Assembly (NCBI GenBank): GCA_965237675.1
Contig: OZ250150.1
Location: forward strand, 5,440,001 to 5,504,000
DNA from: Candidatus Latescibacterota bacterium
GTDB lineage: Bacteria > Latescibacterota > UBA2968 > GCA-2709665
DNA length: 64,000 bases
Direction of reading: 5' to 3'
Shown: positions 42,263 through 52,941 of the stretch, in pieces
How the letters are laid out: every line of letters begins with the position of its first letter
Position numbering within the stretch: the stretch's first letter is position 1
Position numbers and translations under genes: made by a program
The notes under the pieces: generated by a model
Database searches by the model: none
What the model saw: the letters and a program-made list of their open reading frames with translations, nothing else
What the model was told of the DNA's origin: nothing

Positions 42263-45100
42263 TCACCTGAACAGCCCCGAGTACTTAAAGGTCATAATGT
42301 AGTCCTGCGAACCCTGCTTCCTGGCCAAGGGTCGATTGTCGTAAATGTCCCATCCCAAACCGAAGAGAAACTGATCCTTGAAAAAAGAAACGGCCACGCC
42401 CAGAGAAATGGCCAGCGATTTTTTGGTTGAAAGGGCTTCGAGGACGTTGCCGATAACGGTCAGATGGATGCCGGAAATCGACGGGTTATCCACGTTGTGC
42501 CAGCCGGCAAAAGCGAGTCCGGGCAGGCCAAGCAGGCGCTCAGTTCTGCCTTGGACCGCTTTGCCATCGGCGTCTGTATAATCGCGCCCAGGGCGAATCG
42601 TCAAAAAGGAAATCAGCGGCTTGGCCTCAAACTCCCACTTCCAGCCCCCGGCTTCCAGAATCTGCGATACGCTCTGAGACTCCGCACCCGGGTGACTTCG
42701 GGTTGTGATTCTGAGTCGCACTCGGCGATTGTCGTCTTCTGACAGCTGCAAATTGAGATCCTCGGCTAAGACCCGCCCGCCGCTCGATTCGTTGATTCTA
42801 ACCTTCAGCTTTCGGTTACTGCTATTGCCTTTGGGGGCGTAGTTTTCGTCAAGCCGCGTCCACTCGACGACCATCTCGCGACCGATTAGCGCCCGCCGCA
42901 GCGAGTCGGGAATCGCAAAGGACACATCCACTTTGGTGCCGTCTTTTTGCACGACGGGGACATTGTTCCAACTAACGGCCAAGGGTTGGGTCTTCTCGCC
43001 GCGGGTGACCCGGACCTCGACAATCTGCGCCAAGTCGATGTCTGCGAGTACCCCGTGCCCCTTGTATTCGAGCGGACGGGCGCGATCCTTGACGTTGTTG
43101 CTGACCAATAAAACGCGCCCTCGGCGATCGCCTAAAGCATCGGGCGCAAAAAAGAGCGTGACGTCCGCTGACTTGCCCGCGGCCAGCGCGAATTGCGCCG
43201 GTGCAACATGGGCTTCGTTGTTTAGGGGATGCGCCTCAACTCGCAGCACGGTATCGCCGACGTTGGTGACCACGAAGGTCCTTTCCGCCTGCTCTCCCAA
43301 GACCGCATAGCCAAAATCAATGATGCCCTCCGGATTCAACTCGATTTCCGCGGCCACGCCGTGGCCCTTGAGCAAGATGTCGAGCGCCAATTTCTCATTC
43401 GCGCCCCAGCCGTCCAAGCGCAAGGTCCCCGAAATCGCTCCACGGGTCGACGGGCTGAAGGTTACGTCTAGCGGCAAGGTGTGCTGGCTGTGGGCCGGCA
43501 GCAAGAACCTACTGTCGGCGTCGATTGAGGTGTGGGCTGTAAACTGGGCGCTCGTCGAGCGAAGCTGGTAAATCTCAAAATCGGCGTTGCCCACATTGGC
43601 TATTTCGACGACTCGGCTGCTGCTTTCGCCGACGGCAACGCGGCCGAAGTCTACGGTTGCCGGGCTGAGGGCAAAAAATCGGCCTACACCCTGCAAGTGC
43701 ACGGTCTGACGCTCGGCTTCGGCCTCGACATGGAGAATGGCTTTGTGAGTACCGGATTCCTTGGGCGAGAAACTCAGCGCCACCTGCGCGCTGGCTCCGG
43801 GCTGAATGAGGACGGAGTGCTGCGCGAGATCAAATTCAACGCCCTCGTCCGCGACTACAGAGACCTGCACCACGCCCGGCCGGCCACCCTTGTTCCACAA
43901 TAGCAAATGGCTGCGCGCGCTCCCGCCGATAGGCACGCTGCCGAAGTCAATGTCGCCATTAATGATCTCGATGCGCGGTGGTCTGATTTGGCCCCGACCC
44001 GCGAGGGGGATGGCGACGTTAGCAGCTTGCGGATCGTTGGTGTACAGGCGCAGGATGCCGCTTTGGTCGCCTTCGCTCTGCGGCACAAACGCTGCGCTCA
44101 GATCAAGTCGTCCCTCGGGAGCAATGGTCGCCGACGAGTCTCCTATTCCAAGGGTAAATGCTGCACCCTCGATGGCGACGTTTTCAACATGCAACTCGGC
44201 TTGGCCCTGATTGAGAACGGTCACGTGGCGCGTTAGGCGCTGACCCATTTCGACGGAGCCAAAATCGAGGCCCACTTGCGGGAGGGGAGAAAAAGCCGCT
44301 TGCGGTACCAAACCGCTCCCCTGCATGGGAATGGACCAATCCCCAAAGTCGGGTGCGGTGACGACGAATTCAGTCGCGACTAGCCCCGCGCCCGTCGGTG
44401 CAAACGCAACGTCTATCCGCGTTTCACCGCCGGGAGCGGGCCAAGGGCCGACATCGCCCTCAACGCTAAAGGGGCCTTGTAGGTCGGCTACTTCCATCTG
44501 CCCAACCGCCACGGGCACGGTTCCAGTATTTCTGAAGATAACAACCGCCATCGCCACTTGCCCGACGGGAACCGCGCCAAAATCCAGCCCCTCGGCTGGC
44601 AAAAGCACCAAGGTCGGAACGACGGCTGCCGCTTGGAGCGGCACGACTAAGCGCTGGTCTATGAACAAGGCGGCTACCTGCAACGTCAGTTCGCCCGAAT
44701 ACTCCCCAGCCGCAGTTGCGCTGAATCTCACTTCGACGCTACTGACGCCCTTGCCGTCCAAGCGCAGCGTATCTGAGAACGCGCGAAAGCCGTCGCCGCT
44801 AATACCGACGATCATCTCAAGCGCGTCGTCTTGCAGATTTTCTATGGAAACGGACGCCCGCGTCTCCACGCCGACGCCGACTACACCCAAGTCAAGCGCA
44901 TCTGGGTCAATGGCGAGGGGTTGCGCGCGCAGAAACACTGGCAGGCACAGGAGGGCGAGCAGAAGAACAAAAGAAAAGCAGACAACCCACCAGAATTTCG
45001 AACTCCATGGTTGTCGGAGATTCACGTCGCAGAGGTGCCGAAGATGACGCCTGACGTATTCTTTGCGCCGATTCATGTGACCCTCGTTTCGTCCATACAT
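42263..45100 (-). CDS. Large surface protein with tandem Ig-like (choice-of-anchor D/ASH-type) domains
   Basis: N-terminal hydrophobic signal; about six (L/I/V)DFG.V..G..N.G..L.G.G units; start uncertain. Confidence 0.85.
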   Translation of the reverse strand: MYGRNEGHMNRRKEYVRRHLRHLCDVNLRQPWSSKFWWVVCFSFVLLLALLCLPVFLRAQPLAIDPDALDLGVVGVGVETRASVSIENLQDDALEMIVGISGDGFRAFSDTLRLDGKGVSSVEVRFSATAAGEYSGELTLQVAALFIDQRLVVPLQAAAVVPTLVLLPAEGLDFGAVPVGQVAMAVVIFRNTGTVPVAVGQMEVADLQGPFSVEGDVGPWPAPGGETRIDVAFAPTGAGLVATEFVVTAPDFGDWSIPMQGSGLVPQAAFSPLPQVGLDFGSVEMGQRLTRHVTVLNQGQAELHVENVAIEGAAFTLGIGDSSATIAPEGRLDLSAAFVPQSEGDQSGILRLYTNDPQAANVAIPLAGRGQIRPPRIEIINGDIDFGSVPIGGSARSHLLLWNKGGRPGVVQVSVVADEGVEFDLAQHSVLIQPGASAQVALSFSPKESGTHKAILHVEAEAERQTVHLQGVGRFFALSPATVDFGRVAVGESSSRVVEIANVGNADFEIYQLRSTSAQFTAHTSIDADSRFLLPAHSQHTLPLDVTFSPSTRGAISGTLRLDGWGANEKLALDILLKGHGVAAEIELNPEGIIDFGYAVLGEQAERTFVVTNVGDTVLRVEAHPLNNEAHVAPAQFALAAGKSADVTLFFAPDALGDRRGRVLLVSNNVKDRARPLEYKGHGVLADIDLAQIVEVRVTRGEKTQPLAVSWNNVPVVQKDGTKVDVSFAIPDSLRRALIGREMVVEWTRLDENYAPKGNSSNRKLKVRINESSGGRVLAEDLNLQLSEDDNRRVRLRITTRSHPGAESQSVSQILEAGGWKWEFEAKPLISFLTIRPGRDYTDADGKAVQGRTERLLGLPGLAFAGWHNVDNPSISGIHLTVIGNVLEALSTKKSLAISLGVAVSFFKDQFLFGLGWDIYDNRPLARKQGSQDYIMTFKYSGLFR

Positions 45101-45339
45101 ACGTTCAAATTACCCACCGTGTATTGTGTAGAAGATCAGTTACAAGGCCCAGACGAGCCGAGGATAGCGGTTCGAACTATGACCAGCCGGTACGTGTTGG
45201 CCAACGAGGACGTCGGCAAACAGCTATTCGGCACGTCGACACACGCCTCCGCGTCGATAAGAATATACAGAGGAAAACGCGGGATTCAATCCCGACCTGG
45301 AATATTCACTGTTGTTGAACCGAATAATAGTTGAATCTA

Positions 45340-46975
45340 GGAGTCTGCGCCGCAGGAAAATTCATTTCAATGGACAGGTAAAGGTAGGTATAATGGGTCG
45401 TGTAGTTCGGAAATGTCAAGCAGTAAAGAGGTTGTGAGTTGTGTCAACGGAGGGAGCTATCGATGCCGACGACCTTTCGTGCGTATCACCCGGACCAGAT
45501 ATTGCTGTTGGCGCCTGATCTTCGGGAGTGGGTGCCTGAAGGGCATCTGTCGCACCAGGTGAGCGATCTGGTGGATTCACTGGATCTGGGGTCGTTCTAC
45601 GCGCCGTATGAAGGCGATGGGCGTCGCAACGCGCCTTATGAGCCATCGATGATGTTGAAGGTATTGATATATGGGTACGCGACGGGTGTGTATTCGTCTC
45701 GTGGGATCGCGCGGAAGCTGGAGGAGGACGTGGCGTTTCGTATGTTGGCGGCAGGCAATTTTCCACAACACCGGACGATCTGCGAGTTTCGTCGTCGTCA
45801 CCTAAAAGATTTCGGGCGTTTGTTCGTGGAGGTGGTTCGTGTGGCGCGGGAGATGGGTCTGGTACGTTTCGGGACGCTATCTTTGGACGGCACGAAGGTA
45901 CGAGCGAAGGCGAGCAAGCGCAAGGCCATGAGTTACGGGCGGATGTTGAAGGAACAGGCTCGTCTGGAGAAAGAGATCGGGGCGTTGCTGGCGGGGGCTG
46001 TGTCGATTGATGCCGAGGAGGACGCGCGTTACGGCGCGGATGTTCGTGGCGACGAGTTACCGGTCGAGTTGCAGCGCAGGCAGGTTCGTCTGGCGGCGAT
46101 CAGGGCGGCTCGGGAGCGTCTAAAAGCATCGCAACGAGCCGTCGACGATGCGCGCGGTCGCAAGCCCGGTCAGAAGTGCAACCCGAAGGGCGGGCGGCCA
46201 TACAAAAGGGCCTATGGCGAGCCCGACCCGAAGGCGCAGAGCAACTTCACGGACCCCCAGTCTCGGATCATGAAGACGAGCGCGGAGGGGTTCCAGCAGT
46301 GCTACAACGCCCAGACGGTGGTGGACGCCGAGCGTCAGATCATCGTGGCTGCGCATCTGGGGTCAGCGGCCACCGATCAGGGCTTTATGCTCCCTTTGCT
46401 GGATGGGGTGCAAGAGACATTCGGGGTCAAGCCGGCGGTGGTTCTGGCGGACGCGGGATACTGCAACGAGGAGGACCTGGCCACGCTTGAGGAACGTGGC
46501 ATCGACGGTCACGTGGCGCTGGGGCGGGAGGGCAGGGAAGGGGTGGACGTCGATTCGGAGACGCTTCCAGCGACGCATCGCATGGGCGAAAAACTGGCGA
46601 GCCCGGAAGGTCGGGGCCTGTATGCGATGCGCAAGTGGCTCTCCGAGGCGCCGAACGGATGGATCAAGGAGATACTGGGCTTCCGGCGCTTCAGCTTCCG
46701 GGGTCTGGAAAAGGTGCGGGGCGAGTGGGACCTGGTCTGCCTGGCGTTGAACGCCAAGCGGATGGCAGCGTTGACGATGTGTTGAGGCATGAGTTCGGGC
46801 GTCCTGTGCTTGTGGACTCGACATACGGGAAGCCACGATCCCTAATATCTCGTCCTCAACACGCCTGACTGCCACGATGCCCCCGCCCGAAACTCATCAT
46901 CCCACTCCCAACATAACACCGAACCCAACACAGACACATCTCGCCCTTTGCAAAAACTCCTGCGGCGCAGACTCC
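45340..46975 (+). mobile_element. IS1182-family insertion sequence
   Basis: Perfect 18-bp inverted repeats GGAGTCTGCGCCGCAGGA (45340-45357 and 46958-46975) around a transposase. Confidence 0.93.
45463..46785 (+). CDS. IS1182-family transposase
   Basis: PSMMLKVLIYGY..SSR.I, LDGTKV.A.AS, NFTDPQSRIMK, LADAGY, GFRRFSFRG. Confidence 0.93.
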   Translation: MPTTFRAYHPDQILLLAPDLREWVPEGHLSHQVSDLVDSLDLGSFYAPYEGDGRRNAPYEPSMMLKVLIYGYATGVYSSRGIARKLEEDVAFRMLAAGNFPQHRTICEFRRRHLKDFGRLFVEVVRVAREMGLVRFGTLSLDGTKVRAKASKRKAMSYGRMLKEQARLEKEIGALLAGAVSIDAEEDARYGADVRGDELPVELQRRQVRLAAIRAARERLKASQRAVDDARGRKPGQKCNPKGGRPYKRAYGEPDPKAQSNFTDPQSRIMKTSAEGFQQCYNAQTVVDAERQIIVAAHLGSAATDQGFMLPLLDGVQETFGVKPAVVLADAGYCNEEDLATLEERGIDGHVALGREGREGVDVDSETLPATHRMGEKLASPEGRGLYAMRKWLSEAPNGWIKEILGFRRFSFRGLEKVRGEWDLVCLALNAKRMAALTMC

Positions 46976-47014
46976 CAGGGCAATATGAGCATTCACTGGG
47001 AACCCTACTTAAGC

Positions 47015-47051
47015 GTTTCAATCCTTGTTCTGGTGGAAGACGTTCGACGAT
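47015..47051 (-). repeat. Solitary family-2 CRISPR-like repeat
   Basis: gtttcaatccttgttctggtggaagacgttcgacgat. Confidence 0.9.
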
Positions 47052-47227
47052 TCGGCCGCACGCTCAGCGTCGGCACGGGCCCACAGGGCCAATTTGGACA
47101 GGGTGGGGACAGGCAGGCAGGCCGCCTTGTAGTCAGCAGGTGAGAACGGCGTGCCGTCCTCGTGCCAGGCGGGGCCGTTAAAAGTGTCTGCCATCTTGTT
47201 GGGTTTGTTGGGCGTGTCGATAGTCAT
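47018..47227 (-). CDS. Small WHxDGTPFxPADY protein ending inside the repeat
   Basis: GGAG RBS; 69 aa; uses the TGA of GATTGAAAC as its stop; homolog at 39237-39424. Confidence 0.7.
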   Translation of the reverse strand: MTIDTPNKPNKMADTFNGPAWHEDGTPFSPADYKAACLPVPTLSKLALWARADAERAAESSNVFHQNKD

Positions 47228-47338
47228 CGTTCAGGTCTCCCATATAGTCCCACCGGATATCCCCAACGTGGTCCCCCGGCAGGTTTTCGCGAAAAGCCTC
47301 AATGGACCGCTCGCCACCCGGCAACTTCTGGGCGTCGG

Positions 47339-47375
47339 GTTTCGATCCTTGTTCTGGTGGATCTACATTTGCGGG
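47339..47375 (-). repeat. Solitary family-2 CRISPR-like repeat
   Basis: gtttcgatccttgttctggtggatctacatttgcggg. Confidence 0.85.
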
Positions 47376-47899
47376 CGCTCAGGACCGCCACCACTGTCCC
47401 GATCTGGACAATAACCGCCTTGCAGCACCGCGACCCGGTCCGCGACCGCCAGGGCGTCGCAGACGTCTCGCGCGGCCCAAATCATCGTGCGGCACCGCAG
47501 TTTTGTACGTCGTGCGAAGAGATCGCGCGGATAAATATAGATTCGTGGTGTCGCAATTACTGCGACAAAAAGCAGCTTTCAGCAATCAGCCGACAGCAGT
47601 CAGCCAATAACGAAAAGGCGATCTATTCACGTCAGCGCATTTGGAGTATCTCCAGGGGCATCCCTTTCGGTTGCCCAAGTCGCGTCGAGTAACAGGCCAC
47701 AGGAGGCAATTGGGGGTTCCGTCGGGAGACCCCGCGGGGCGTCATCGTTTTTGTCGATCAGAGGGCATCAGTCGAGATAAGGAAGCGTCGTGTAACCGTA
47801 CGCCCAAATCGCCAACCGGCGGCGCTCGATGATTTTGGCTCTCTTCTCTCGAACCTCCTCATCGAGTAAATAAACGCAGGCAGACACGGGAACTCTATA

Positions 47900-47936
47900 G
47901 AGTAAATCGTTGTTCTGATGGAAGTTCTCATTGGGC
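47900..47936 (-). repeat. Solitary family-2 CRISPR-like repeat (degenerate)
   Basis: gagtaaatcgttgttctgatggaagttctcattgggc. Confidence 0.75.
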
Positions 47937-48174
47937 GAAGAGCCCTTTTGGGACTCGCGCCAGCGTCGGAACTCGTACTGCTTGGTGAAGACCAGCACTT
48001 CGGTTGCCGCCAGCAGGCCGTGCAGGGTCGCATAGAGGCACTCGGAAAAGCGGATCCGAAGGACGCTATGCTACTGATTTTGGCGACTATGTTAAAAACA
48101 ACGCGATCGAATTTCACCCGAGGCAAAAATGTCCAGAGGCAGTACCGGAATTTTTCGCAAACCCCTTGCTGCGT

Positions 48175-49929
48175 CTACGATGTTCCCCGGTCGCTCCGAT
48201 TCGTACTAAGCAGCCCTCGCAGCCTGTGATGCAGACGGTCGCGACGGGCTTCGTAGAACGCGTTGAACCCTGTGATTTCCGTTGGGATCTCACCCAAGTC
48301 ATTTCGAGAGACGAAATCGCTCGCCGCTTCGGAATCATAGGTATTAGCGATCCACTCGTGCGGCAACCTATCGCGCTTGCTTTCGTTGGCCTCCCCGGTG
48401 AGCAACTGCAGATTGGGGAGGCGGTTGACACGGTCGAGGTACTCCGGGATGTGGTCTTCAGCCACTCCGACCTGGCGTAGACGCCCACGCGTGAACCGGC
48501 TCTTCGGAAACACGTGATCGATATGGAACCTGTTGCTTTGCACATCCACGAAGGGGTATAAGACGGACAGTAGCGCGAACGTACGGTCCTTCGACTCCAC
48601 GAGATCCTCTATTTCTTCTTCCTCGAATGCCAGGCTCTTGCCGCGCACCCGCATCCCAGCTTCCAGTTTCGCCGACGGGAATGCCTCTGCGCCATGTGTA
48701 TCGATCAGGCTCCTGAGCGAGGTGAGCAGGGTGTCCAGACCGCTGCCCCAAATCCCTCGCTTGAGCAGTGATCGCAATAGCCAATCTCGGATATCATCTC
48801 GATCCTGGCGGTACAACGATTGAGACAAGAATCCCGTGGGTGTATCCTTGCAATACAGGTAGTGAGCAATGGGCAGAACTGCGTAGTTTGCGCTTAGACT
48901 GGCCTGGGAAAAACCAAACCTTGCCACCAATTCCACGGCTGTGCGTACTGCGCGCGTTATCGGGTCCCAGTTCTCTTCAAGGAGCTTCATGTTGTTCCGA
49001 TTGAAATTGGTCGCCCTGAAACGAACGTTCGCGACCCCTGCAAGCATAAGGCCTGCTTTGAGCAGGAAGTCCTGAGTGAACGCGAAGCCCGTCCCGATGC
49101 GGTTTATTTCGTCCACCGTGCCGTGTATTGCCTCGCGGGCATCCAGTTTCTCCCACTGTGCGGTGGCCATACTCATCAGCATGTCTGAATAGCTCAGCGT
49201 CGTACCACCACTGTTGGTACGGATAAAGATGTCAAGAACCTTGTCTATATTTTGGTCAGGTTCCTCGTAGTGCGCGATAACCGGATCCGTGTGCACAACC
49301 TTTTGTAGCTTCCCTAGGACGTTGCCTGGGCGGCGTTCATTGCCAAGTTGTCTGTTCACGAGAATTTCGTTGAGATCCTGCCACTCCTCAACCTGTAGGA
49401 TCTCGCCAACGGGGTACCAGCAGTGCGTTTCGTCCCGCCGTTCGGCCTCTTCGCTGGTCAGAAATCGAAAATCGTACTGCATGTTTTGCTCGTTCTCCTC
49501 CGCGTCCGCGAGAAGATTCAGGTATAGTTTCCGCTTTGGAAATGCGTCTGGGTTGTTCCACCATAGACGCGGCAGTTTGTAGGCGTAGGTACCCCGTAGC
49601 CCGATGTTCAAACCCGTTAGTCGTTGCTGGCCGTCGAGCACTGCGGTAACTTCATCTCGGGTGAGGGCTCCTATTGGATCGCAATGGGGGTTATCTCTCT
49701 CGTGATAGTTAAGCATTAAGTCGTAGAACTTGTACTTAGCGATGCTCTCTCGTTCGACGATCCAGAACAGGAACGACCCAATCGGGTACCCGCGCATCAG
49801 GCTGTCGAAGAGACATTGGATCTGTTCAGGCCGCCACACGAATTCCCGCTGAATCGCAGGAAGCACATACTGCCTACCTTCAATAGCCCCGAGGGCCTTG
49901 CTGATCGTGATAGGAGTCTGGAATCCCAT
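48175..49929 (-). CDS. DUF262 plus HNH (GmrSD-like) restriction protein
   Basis: LPAIQREFVW, DSLMRGYPIG, LDGQQRLT, IFIRTNSGG, HIDHVFP..NLQLL..N. Confidence 0.9.
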   Translation of the reverse strand: MGFQTPITISKALGAIEGRQYVLPAIQREFVWRPEQIQCLFDSLMRGYPIGSFLFWIVERESIAKYKFYDLMLNYHERDNPHCDPIGALTRDEVTAVLDGQQRLTGLNIGLRGTYAYKLPRLWWNNPDAFPKRKLYLNLLADAEENEQNMQYDFRFLTSEEAERRDETHCWYPVGEILQVEEWQDLNEILVNRQLGNERRPGNVLGKLQKVVHTDPVIAHYEEPDQNIDKVLDIFIRTNSGGTTLSYSDMLMSMATAQWEKLDAREAIHGTVDEINRIGTGFAFTQDFLLKAGLMLAGVANVRFRATNFNRNNMKLLEENWDPITRAVRTAVELVARFGFSQASLSANYAVLPIAHYLYCKDTPTGFLSQSLYRQDRDDIRDWLLRSLLKRGIWGSGLDTLLTSLRSLIDTHGAEAFPSAKLEAGMRVRGKSLAFEEEEIEDLVESKDRTFALLSVLYPFVDVQSNRFHIDHVFPKSRFTRGRLRQVGVAEDHIPEYLDRVNRLPNLQLLTGEANESKRDRLPHEWIANTYDSEAASDFVSRNDLGEIPTEITGFNAFYEARRDRLHHRLRGLLSTNRSDRGTS

Positions 49930-50727
49930 CAGTGAAAACCTCCTTCGAATCGGGTTTACAGCGGCGACAACGGAAAGTGCTAATACACGCACCACCGGTG
50001 GGTACGGGTGCGCCGTCTGGATTCTATGCCATGGACTTTGCGGCTAGGGCCAAAAGCCGGTACCGTGAGCGTTAATCTCCTTCTGGGCCTTGGCGGAGAC
50101 TCTGCGTCGCTTGTACGCGTTTCCTGGTAGCCTCGTAGACCTTCATTCGAAGAAAGCAAGGGGTGCCGAGATTGCTATGGTGCCCGATGTGCCACTGCCT
50201 GCGCCTATGCAGGAACCACATGAATGGATTGACTGTGACCGCCGAGCATTTCTGGGGGTATTCGCACACTCAGGGTTCGCGGTCCAAGTGTATGTTGCCG
50301 CGCAACAGGTGTGGGCTCAACATGCCGATGGACGCGTACGCAGTCGCTTGCACGGTACTGGGTACAGCGGTTGGTGGTACTTGTGGTCCGTCAATTCAGG
50401 GTCAAGATTGATGTTCCAGCGTGCCAGTCCAAAGATGCGCCCGAATAGGCTTTTGAGCCACCGGGTACAGAACGTGGTGCGATGCGAGAGTTGGTGCACC
50501 GCATCTATTGCACAAGTACCTCTCGGTAGATCCGCGACCGTTTCCGGTCCAACTTGACCGAGGTATAGGAGACAAATTCATTCGACTCGACAATATGACA
50601 ACGTGCAGAGCAAACGTCGCCTGATCGTCGGGTTCGTTCACGTTTCGATTCCGGTTCCTGTGGAAAATGCACTGCGGATTGTCGTGCGTACACAACGCAC
50701 CTCGGCCATTCGGTCTCTTGGCGCTGC

Positions 50728-51642
50728 TTAAGCAACCTCGAACAGGTAGCGCACCCACTTGTTTGCGACGTCGGAGATGCCATCCACGTCAATTACGAAT
50801 TCCTGCCCTGGGCCTTCCGAGGTGACATGGATCCACGGCGCGGCGCGCCGCCGCATTTTGACTTTACGCTTAAGGCGCCTGCAACCGTCGGCTGGCCAGA
50901 ACCATTCAGGCAGTCTCCAGTGTGAGCATCGGGATGATGCTCCCTTTTCAACTTCCTCCGGCTCGGTCAAGATGATACGGCAGTCTTCGTTCTGAAATAC
51001 GCCGCCTCCGGGTGCGTCGGTTCCAGCGATACTGAGCTTCGGAGTCGAAACGTAGACCGTGTTGTTCATCGGCCTCCGAGGATTGTCGCCCGGTTCCCGG
51101 AATGATCCGTTCAGATGTGGGTGGTCCGATAGCCACGGATACTTGCCCAGAGCGCGGTCGTAGTCCGCAACTGTATGAAGTGCCAAAACTTCATGTACCT
51201 GAAGCCAACCGAAAATCAGATGGACTCTCGGTGCGGTTCTGACGAAACACCAACCGCCGCTGCCATCTTCCTCGACCCGCCGGAACGTTCCGAAGAACAG
51301 GAAAAGGTCACCCTGACAGACGCCCTGATTGGCCAGGTGGGTTTGAGATTCATCTACCAGTCCGAATGCTGGCCGCCATCCGGATTGCCGTGGGATCGCT
51401 TCGTCTCGAAGGTCTGGATCCAGGTGGCACCAACAGTCTTGCCTAACTTTACTCAGGCACTCCACAATCGGCGCGAGCGAGCGACCAACCCACAGAACAT
51501 CGCTAAACCGTTTCGAAGATTGAGGATAACGCTGGGGCGTCGGAATAGGGAGGGAGAGGATTCTCCCGTCTGGGAAAATCGGGCTATGGCTCTTTCCAGT
51601 TTTCGAGTCGAATCCCTTGCGGCTGAGCACGATTCTCTTCAT
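50728..51642 (-). CDS. Nmad3-like nucleotide-modification-associated protein
   Basis: MKRIVLSRKGFDS..SPIFPDG..SLPIP..CHLDPDL..GDLFLFFG.F..IFGWLQV..HPH..QEFV. Confidence 0.8.
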   Translation of the reverse strand: MKRIVLSRKGFDSKTGKSHSPIFPDGRILSLPIPTPQRYPQSSKRFSDVLWVGRSLAPIVECLSKVRQDCWCHLDPDLRDEAIPRQSGWRPAFGLVDESQTHLANQGVCQGDLFLFFGTFRRVEEDGSGGWCFVRTAPRVHLIFGWLQVHEVLALHTVADYDRALGKYPWLSDHPHLNGSFREPGDNPRRPMNNTVYVSTPKLSIAGTDAPGGGVFQNEDCRIILTEPEEVEKGASSRCSHWRLPEWFWPADGCRRLKRKVKMRRRAAPWIHVTSEGPGQEFVIDVDGISDVANKWVRYLFEVA

Positions 51643-51646
51643 CGGT

Positions 51647-51683
51647 AAAGTCCTCGTTGTTCTGATGGAAAATTCCCTGTCTA
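51647..51683 (-). repeat. Solitary family-2 CRISPR-like repeat (degenerate 3' end)
   Basis: aaagtcctcgttgttctgatggaaaattccctgtcta; ATG of the Nmad3-like gene follows 4 nt downstream. Confidence 0.72.
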
Positions 51684-51785
51684 CAATCTCCTCAAGTCCG
51701 GCGCCTAATGGGCCGGCCGGCACGATTCGACTCGAACCCACAACGTGCATCCGGACAAAGCGGCGGCTTGTCGCGTGAGGTGGAT

Positions 51786-52340
51786 CTAACGCATCTCCAA
51801 CCGTTCGCCGCGCCGAAGCAGCCCGAGGCTCTCGGCGATGCGCCGCTCCCGAGTTGCCTCGCGTTTGGCCGTCCCTATCCACGTGATGAACTGGCGCTGG
51901 TACGAAGGCGCCAGGGTGTTCCAAAAGGCTTGAGCATTGGGATCGGCTTCCAAGGCGGCTGAGAACGCGTGCGCCATCTCGAACCGAGCCGCCTCAGGCT
52001 TCCAACCCCAGGTTCCGCTACGCTTCGCTTCGTCGATCAGGCGCTGGCCGGCGGCCGTCATCTTGCCGGACGCGCGCAGCCGGTCGACGCGCTTACGGTT
52101 CGTTTCCGACCACCGGCTCCCCGGCCTTCTCGGCGTGAAGCGGTGCATGTAGCGCTCGTCGTCGATCCGCTGCTTCGTCCCGTCGATCCAGCCAAAACAC
52201 AGCGCTTCCTCGACCGCGTCGTTGTACGTCGCTGTCGGTTTGTCCACGTGTTTCTTGTAGAACACCACCCAGACCGCGTCGACGCGATCGTGGTTCGCGC
52301 ACAGCCAGCGTCGCCAACAGGACCGGCTTCTCGGGGTGAA
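51786..52340 (-). CDS. YdeI/OmpD-associated family protein, N-terminus unclear
   Basis: WRRWL..NH, AVEEALCFGWIDG, FTPRRPGSRWS.TN, AKREATRERRI. Confidence 0.85.
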   Translation of the reverse strand, partial: FTPRSRSCWRRWLCANHDRVDAVWVVFYKKHVDKPTATYNDAVEEALCFGWIDGTKQRIDDERYMHRFTPRRPGSRWSETNRKRVDRLRASGKMTAAGQRLIDEAKRSGTWGWKPEAARFEMAHAFSAALEADPNAQAFWNTLAPSYQRQFITWIGTAKREATRERRIAESLGLLRRGERLEMR

Positions 52341-52941
52341 GCGCCGCTCCGGCGTGGACCTCGCCGCCTGCCTCGACCTGCCGGGAAGGGAAACATCGAC
52401 TGCTTTCTTGTCCGAATCAGGCATGAGGATCTCCGTTATTCCCATTTGGAAGCGCAACGCTACAGGCACGCGAAGGCCAGCGCGGTAAAGCCACGACCGA
52501 TCGACAGCTGTATGGCGCCGGGATGCCCCACGTATCTGGGCGTCGCTTCAACTCGCTCAGCAACCCCACTGGGCACCAATTCCACCTCTTTGAACTCGAA
52601 CAGTTACACATTGCTGTTGAAGCGTACCGCCATGTCCGGACGACCCGGGTGGCGCAGAAACCCTTTTCACGTCAGCTTACGGAGCCCGTGGACGACATTG
52701 AACGCCGACGGTATATCCGGTAACTGGTCTACCCGCTCCCCAGGGCGTGCCCGGGGAAAATCGCCCGAACCTGCGAGAATCGGTTCAGTAGTGGCACCGC
52801 TGATCGGCGCTGCCCATATCGGTATTAACTATTGGGGCTTGAAACAGATGGACAAAGCTGCAAACATCCGTAGCCTCCACGTCGATGCGTCTCGAAAAAA
52901 CGTAAGCCCCTGCTCACTGGTGAAGACATGGCCTGCCGTGG

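Noticed and set aside
45283-45315. gattcaatcccgacctggaatattc as another family-2 repeat
   Set aside because: Both ends match but the ttgttctga core is missing; possible relic, too weak to count.
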